Assembly: GCA_035493385.1 (NCBI GenBank)
Contig: DATJIL010000198.1
Coordinates: 1-47,565, forward strand
Length of the DNA stretch: 47,565 nucleotides
Origin: Rudaea sp.
GTDB taxonomy: Bacteria; Pseudomonadota; Gammaproteobacteria; Xanthomonadales; Rhodanobacteraceae
Reading direction: 5' to 3'
Numbering within the stretch: position 1 is the first letter of the stretch; every line of letters starts with the position of its first letter. A program made the position numbers and the translations under genes. A model generated the notes under the pieces. That model made no database searches. It saw only the letters and a program-made list of their open reading frames with translations, and was not told the DNA's origin. Positions 44,442 through 47,565 of this stretch are shown in pieces.

Positions 44442-46160
44442 ATGCCCACCACCCGTTCGTTGTTGTTCATGGCCCTCGCGTTCGTCGCGTTGCTGATGTG
44501 GCAGGCCTGGGAGCAGGATTACGGCCCGAAGCCGGCGCCGGCGCCGCCGACCCCGACTTCAGCAGCCGCACCGAATGCGACCGTGCCCAGTGCGGACGTC
44601 CCCGCGGCCACCGCGACGCCGGGTGCGGCTGCTGCTACGCCAGCCGTGCCGGAAACCGCGGCCACGACCAGCGCGTCCGCGCCGACGATCTCGGTGACGA
44701 CGGACGTGCTGCACCTGACCATCGACACCCGCGGCGGCTCCATCGTGCATGCGGACCTGCTCGCCTATCCGGCGGATGCGGAGAAAAAGCACGAACCGGT
44801 GCGCCTGCTCGACGATGCCGGGACAACCTACTATGTCGCGCAATCCGGACTCGTGAGTGCTGCCGGTTCCGCCACCGCGCCGGATCACCAGGCCCTGTTC
44901 CACGCCGACAAGACCGAATACACGCTGTCAGTGGGCGCGGATGCGTTGGAAGTGCCGTTGACCTGGTCCGATGCCGCGGGTCTGAAAGTGACAAAAGTAT
45001 ACAGTTTCCAGCGCGGCAGCTATCTGATCGGCGCGCGCGAGGACATTGCCAACGCCGGTACTGCGGCATGGTCCGGCAACGCCTATCGCCAGCTGCAACG
45101 CGCGGCGCCGCCGGCCGCCACCGGTTTCAACAACCCCGAACGCTACGCCTACGTCGGCGCGGCCTGGTACAGCCCCGAGCACAAGTTCAACAAGCTCGCG
45201 TTCGACAAGTTCGCCAAGGAACCGCTGACCGGCAGTTTCGCCGGCGGCTGGACGGCGATGCTGCAGCATTACTTCTTCAGCGCCTGGATTCCCGACAAGA
45301 GCGAAATCGACACGTATTCGAGCGCGGTCGTGGATGTCGCGAACGGCGCGCCGCGCTATCTCGTGCGCGCGCTGTCGCCGTCGATCACCGTAGCGCCGGG
45401 ACAATCGCGCAGCGTCGATGCGCATTTGTATATCGGCCCGACCCTGCTCGGCGAGCTTGACGCGATTTCCGATGCCGGTATCGCCAAGGGCCTGGCCCTG
45501 ACCGCCGACTACGGCATGCTCACGCCGATTGCGCAGCCCCTGCACTGGATCCTGCTGCAACTGCATGCATTGGTGCGCAATTGGGGCCTGGCCATCATCC
45601 TGCTCGTGTTGCTGATCAAGCTCGTCATGTTCAAGGCCAGCGAAGCGCAATATCGTTCCGCGGCGAAGATGAAAAAGCTCGCGCCGCGCCTGCAGGCGTT
45701 GAAGGAACGCTATGGCGACGACAAGCAGAAGCTCAGCGCCGCGACCATGGAGCTGTACCAGAAGGAGAAGATCAACCCGCTCGGCGGCTGCCTGCCGACG
45801 CTGATCCAGATTCCGGTGTTCTTCGCGCTGTACTACGTGTTGCTGGAAAGCGTGGAGTTGCGCCACGCGCCGTTCTTCGGCTGGATCCAGAACCTGTCGG
45901 CACCCGATCCGTATTACATCCTGCCGATCATCAACATGGCGGTCATGGCGGGAACCATGTTGTTCACGCCGCCGAGTCCGGGCATGGACGCAACGCAGCA
46001 GAAGATGATGAAATTCATGCCGATCGCGTTCAGCCTGCTTTTCTTCGTGTTCCCGTCCGGCCTGGTGCTGTATTACGCGGTCAATGGCGGATTGGGATTG
46101 CTGCAGCAGTGGGTGATCAATCACCGGATGCTGGGGGCGGAGGCCCGCACGGCGCGATAA
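44442..46160 (+). CDS. yidC: Membrane protein insertase YidC
   Basis: [34 protein letters not shown]. Confidence 0.97.
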   Translation: MPTTRSLLFMALAFVALLMWQAWEQDYGPKPAPAPPTPTSAAAPNATVPSADVPAATATPGAAAATPAVPETAATTSASAPTISVTTDVLHLTIDTRGGSIVHADLLAYPADAEKKHEPVRLLDDAGTTYYVAQSGLVSAAGSATAPDHQALFHADKTEYTLSVGADALEVPLTWSDAAGLKVTKVYSFQRGSYLIGAREDIANAGTAAWSGNAYRQLQRAAPPAATGFNNPERYAYVGAAWYSPEHKFNKLAFDKFAKEPLTGSFAGGWTAMLQHYFFSAWIPDKSEIDTYSSAVVDVANGAPRYLVRALSPSITVAPGQSRSVDAHLYIGPTLLGELDAISDAGIAKGLALTADYGMLTPIAQPLHWILLQLHALVRNWGLAIILLVLLIKLVMFKASEAQYRSAAKMKKLAPRLQALKERYGDDKQKLSAATMELYQKEKINPLGGCLPTLIQIPVFFALYYVLLESVELRHAPFFGWIQNLSAPDPYYILPIINMAVMAGTMLFTPPSPGMDATQQKMMKFMPIAFSLLFFVFPSGLVLYYAVNGGLGLLQQWVINHRMLGAEARTAR

Positions 46161-46167
46161 TGCGCCG

Positions 46168-47511
46168 ATGGTCGACACCGATACGATTGCCGCGATCGCG
46201 ACGCCACCCGGCGCGGGCGGCGTCGGCATCGTGCGCGTGTCCGGACCGCAGGCGCGCGCGATTGCCCTGGGACTGACCGGCAGAAATCCGCAACCGCGCA
46301 AAGTTTACTTTGGCGCATTCCGCGACAAGGGCCATGCAATCCTCGATCGCGGCTTGTCCATCTTCTTCACTGCGCCGAAATCCTTTACCGGCGAAGATGT
46401 GCTCGAGCTCCAGGCGCATGGCAGTCCGGTCGTCCTGAACCTGATTCTGCGGCGCGCCTGCGAACTCGGCGCGCGACCGGCGCGCGCCGGCGAGTTTTCC
46501 GAACGCGCTTTCCTAAATGGCAAGCTCGATCTGGTCCAGGCCGAAGCGGTCGCCGATCTCATCGCGGCAGGATCCGAGGCCGCCGCCCGCGCCGCCTTGC
46601 GCAGCCTTGAAGGCGATTTCTCCAGATCCGTGCATGCACTGTTCGAGGCGCTGGTGAACCTGCGCGCCTGGCTCGAGGCGGCGCTCGACTTCCCCGAGGA
46701 GGAAATCGACTTCCTGAGCGCGCCGCAACTGGCCGATGGCCTGCAACGGCTGGATGCGCAACTCGCCAACCTGCTCACCGCCACGCGCCGCGGCGTGGTC
46801 CTGCGCGACGGCTTGCACGTCGTCATCGTCGGCCGGCCGAACGCCGGCAAGTCCAGCCTGCTCAACGCGCTGGCGCAAAGCGAACGCGCCATCGTCACCG
46901 ACATCGCCGGCACCACGCGCGACGTGCTGCGCGAGACGGTCAACCTCGACGGCATCATGCTGACGCTTGCCGACACGGCTGGCCTGCGCGACTCCGTCGA
47001 CGTGGTCGAAGCCGAAGGCATGCGCCGCGCCCGCGTCGAACTCGGCCGTGCGGATGTCGCGATCCTCGTCACCGAATCCGCGCACGTCGAATCGGATTTG
47101 GCCTTGCTCGACGTCTGCGCAACCGGGGCGACGCGTATCGTCGTCCACAACAAGATCGATCTATCCGCAGAAGCCGCGCACGCGCAAACGCAGCAGAGTG
47201 GAGAAATCCACATCAGGTTATCCGCACGCTCCGGCGCGGGCCTGGATTTGCTGCGCGAGGAATTGAAGCGCCTTGCCGGTCGAGGCGACGGCACGCAAGG
47301 CGCGTTCAGCGCGCGCGCGCGCCACGTGCAAGCGCTGGAAATCGTCACCGCGCATCTGCAAGCGGCGAAAGAACATCTCGAACACCGCACCGGCGAACTC
47401 GCCGCCGAGGAGTTGCGTCAGGCCCAGCGGGCGCTTGGCGAAATCACCGGCGAGTTCAGCAGCGACGACCTGCTGGGGAAGATTTTTACCACGTTCTGCA
47501 TCGGCAAGTGA
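46168..47511 (+). CDS. mnmE: tRNA modification GTPase MnmE
   Basis: DTIAAIAT, SFTGED, RAFLNGK, GRPNAGKSS, GTTRD, DTAG, NKID, FCIGK. Confidence 0.98.
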   Translation: MVDTDTIAAIATPPGAGGVGIVRVSGPQARAIALGLTGRNPQPRKVYFGAFRDKGHAILDRGLSIFFTAPKSFTGEDVLELQAHGSPVVLNLILRRACELGARPARAGEFSERAFLNGKLDLVQAEAVADLIAAGSEAAARAALRSLEGDFSRSVHALFEALVNLRAWLEAALDFPEEEIDFLSAPQLADGLQRLDAQLANLLTATRRGVVLRDGLHVVIVGRPNAGKSSLLNALAQSERAIVTDIAGTTRDVLRETVNLDGIMLTLADTAGLRDSVDVVEAEGMRRARVELGRADVAILVTESAHVESDLALLDVCATGATRIVVHNKIDLSAEAAHAQTQQSGEIHIRLSARSGAGLDLLREELKRLAGRGDGTQGAFSARARHVQALEIVTAHLQAAKEHLEHRTGELAAEELRQAQRALGEITGEFSSDDLLGKIFTTFCIGK

Positions 47512-47524
47512 GGAGCTTCCCGAG

Positions 47525-47565
47525 ATGATCGACCTTTATTACTGGCCCACCCCCAACGGCCACAA
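47525..47565 (+). CDS. Glutathione S-transferase family protein (YfcG-like), 5' fragment
   Basis: MIDLYYWPTPNGH with GAGGAG upstream; truncated by the window end. Confidence 0.8.
   Translation, partial: MIDLYYWPTPNGH

Noticed and set aside
43670..44470. 267-aa N-terminal extension of DnaA in the ORF track
   Set aside because: It overlaps rpmH and rnpA on the opposite strand; DnaA homology begins at MSKLW (43669).

Overview
High-GC gammaproteobacterial chromosome segment containing the replication origin. Gene order (dnaA-oriC-dnaN-recF-gyrB-TPR-tonB-exbB-exbD-exbD facing pdxJ; rpmH-rnpA-yidC-mnmE) points to Xanthomonadales, probably Rhodanobacteraceae-like (inference). About 40 mostly housekeeping CDSs; I found no tRNA/rRNA, CRISPR array, integrase or transposase. 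Non-coding signals: oriC between dnaA and dnaN (two perfect DnaA boxes, an IHF consensus site, an AT-rich tract), two perfect parS palindromes inside recF, ECF- and RpoE-type promoters, and a ~142 bp palindromic RPE/MITE-like element after icd. Most interesting: (1) short A/T-rich synonymous codon patches that appear to sit on the most conserved motifs of several housekeeping genes, strongest in gyrB at 38491-38533 (spotted by eye, untested); (2) an orphan MotA/MotB (ZorAB-like) pair with long coiled coils and no flagellar or Zorya effector genes; (3) an ECF sigma/anti-sigma/PDZ module followed by a beta-lactamase-fold protein whose catalytic motifs are degenerate and whose signal peptide has no in-frame start; (4) a membrane-anchored protein with a possible C-terminal Sm-like domain.
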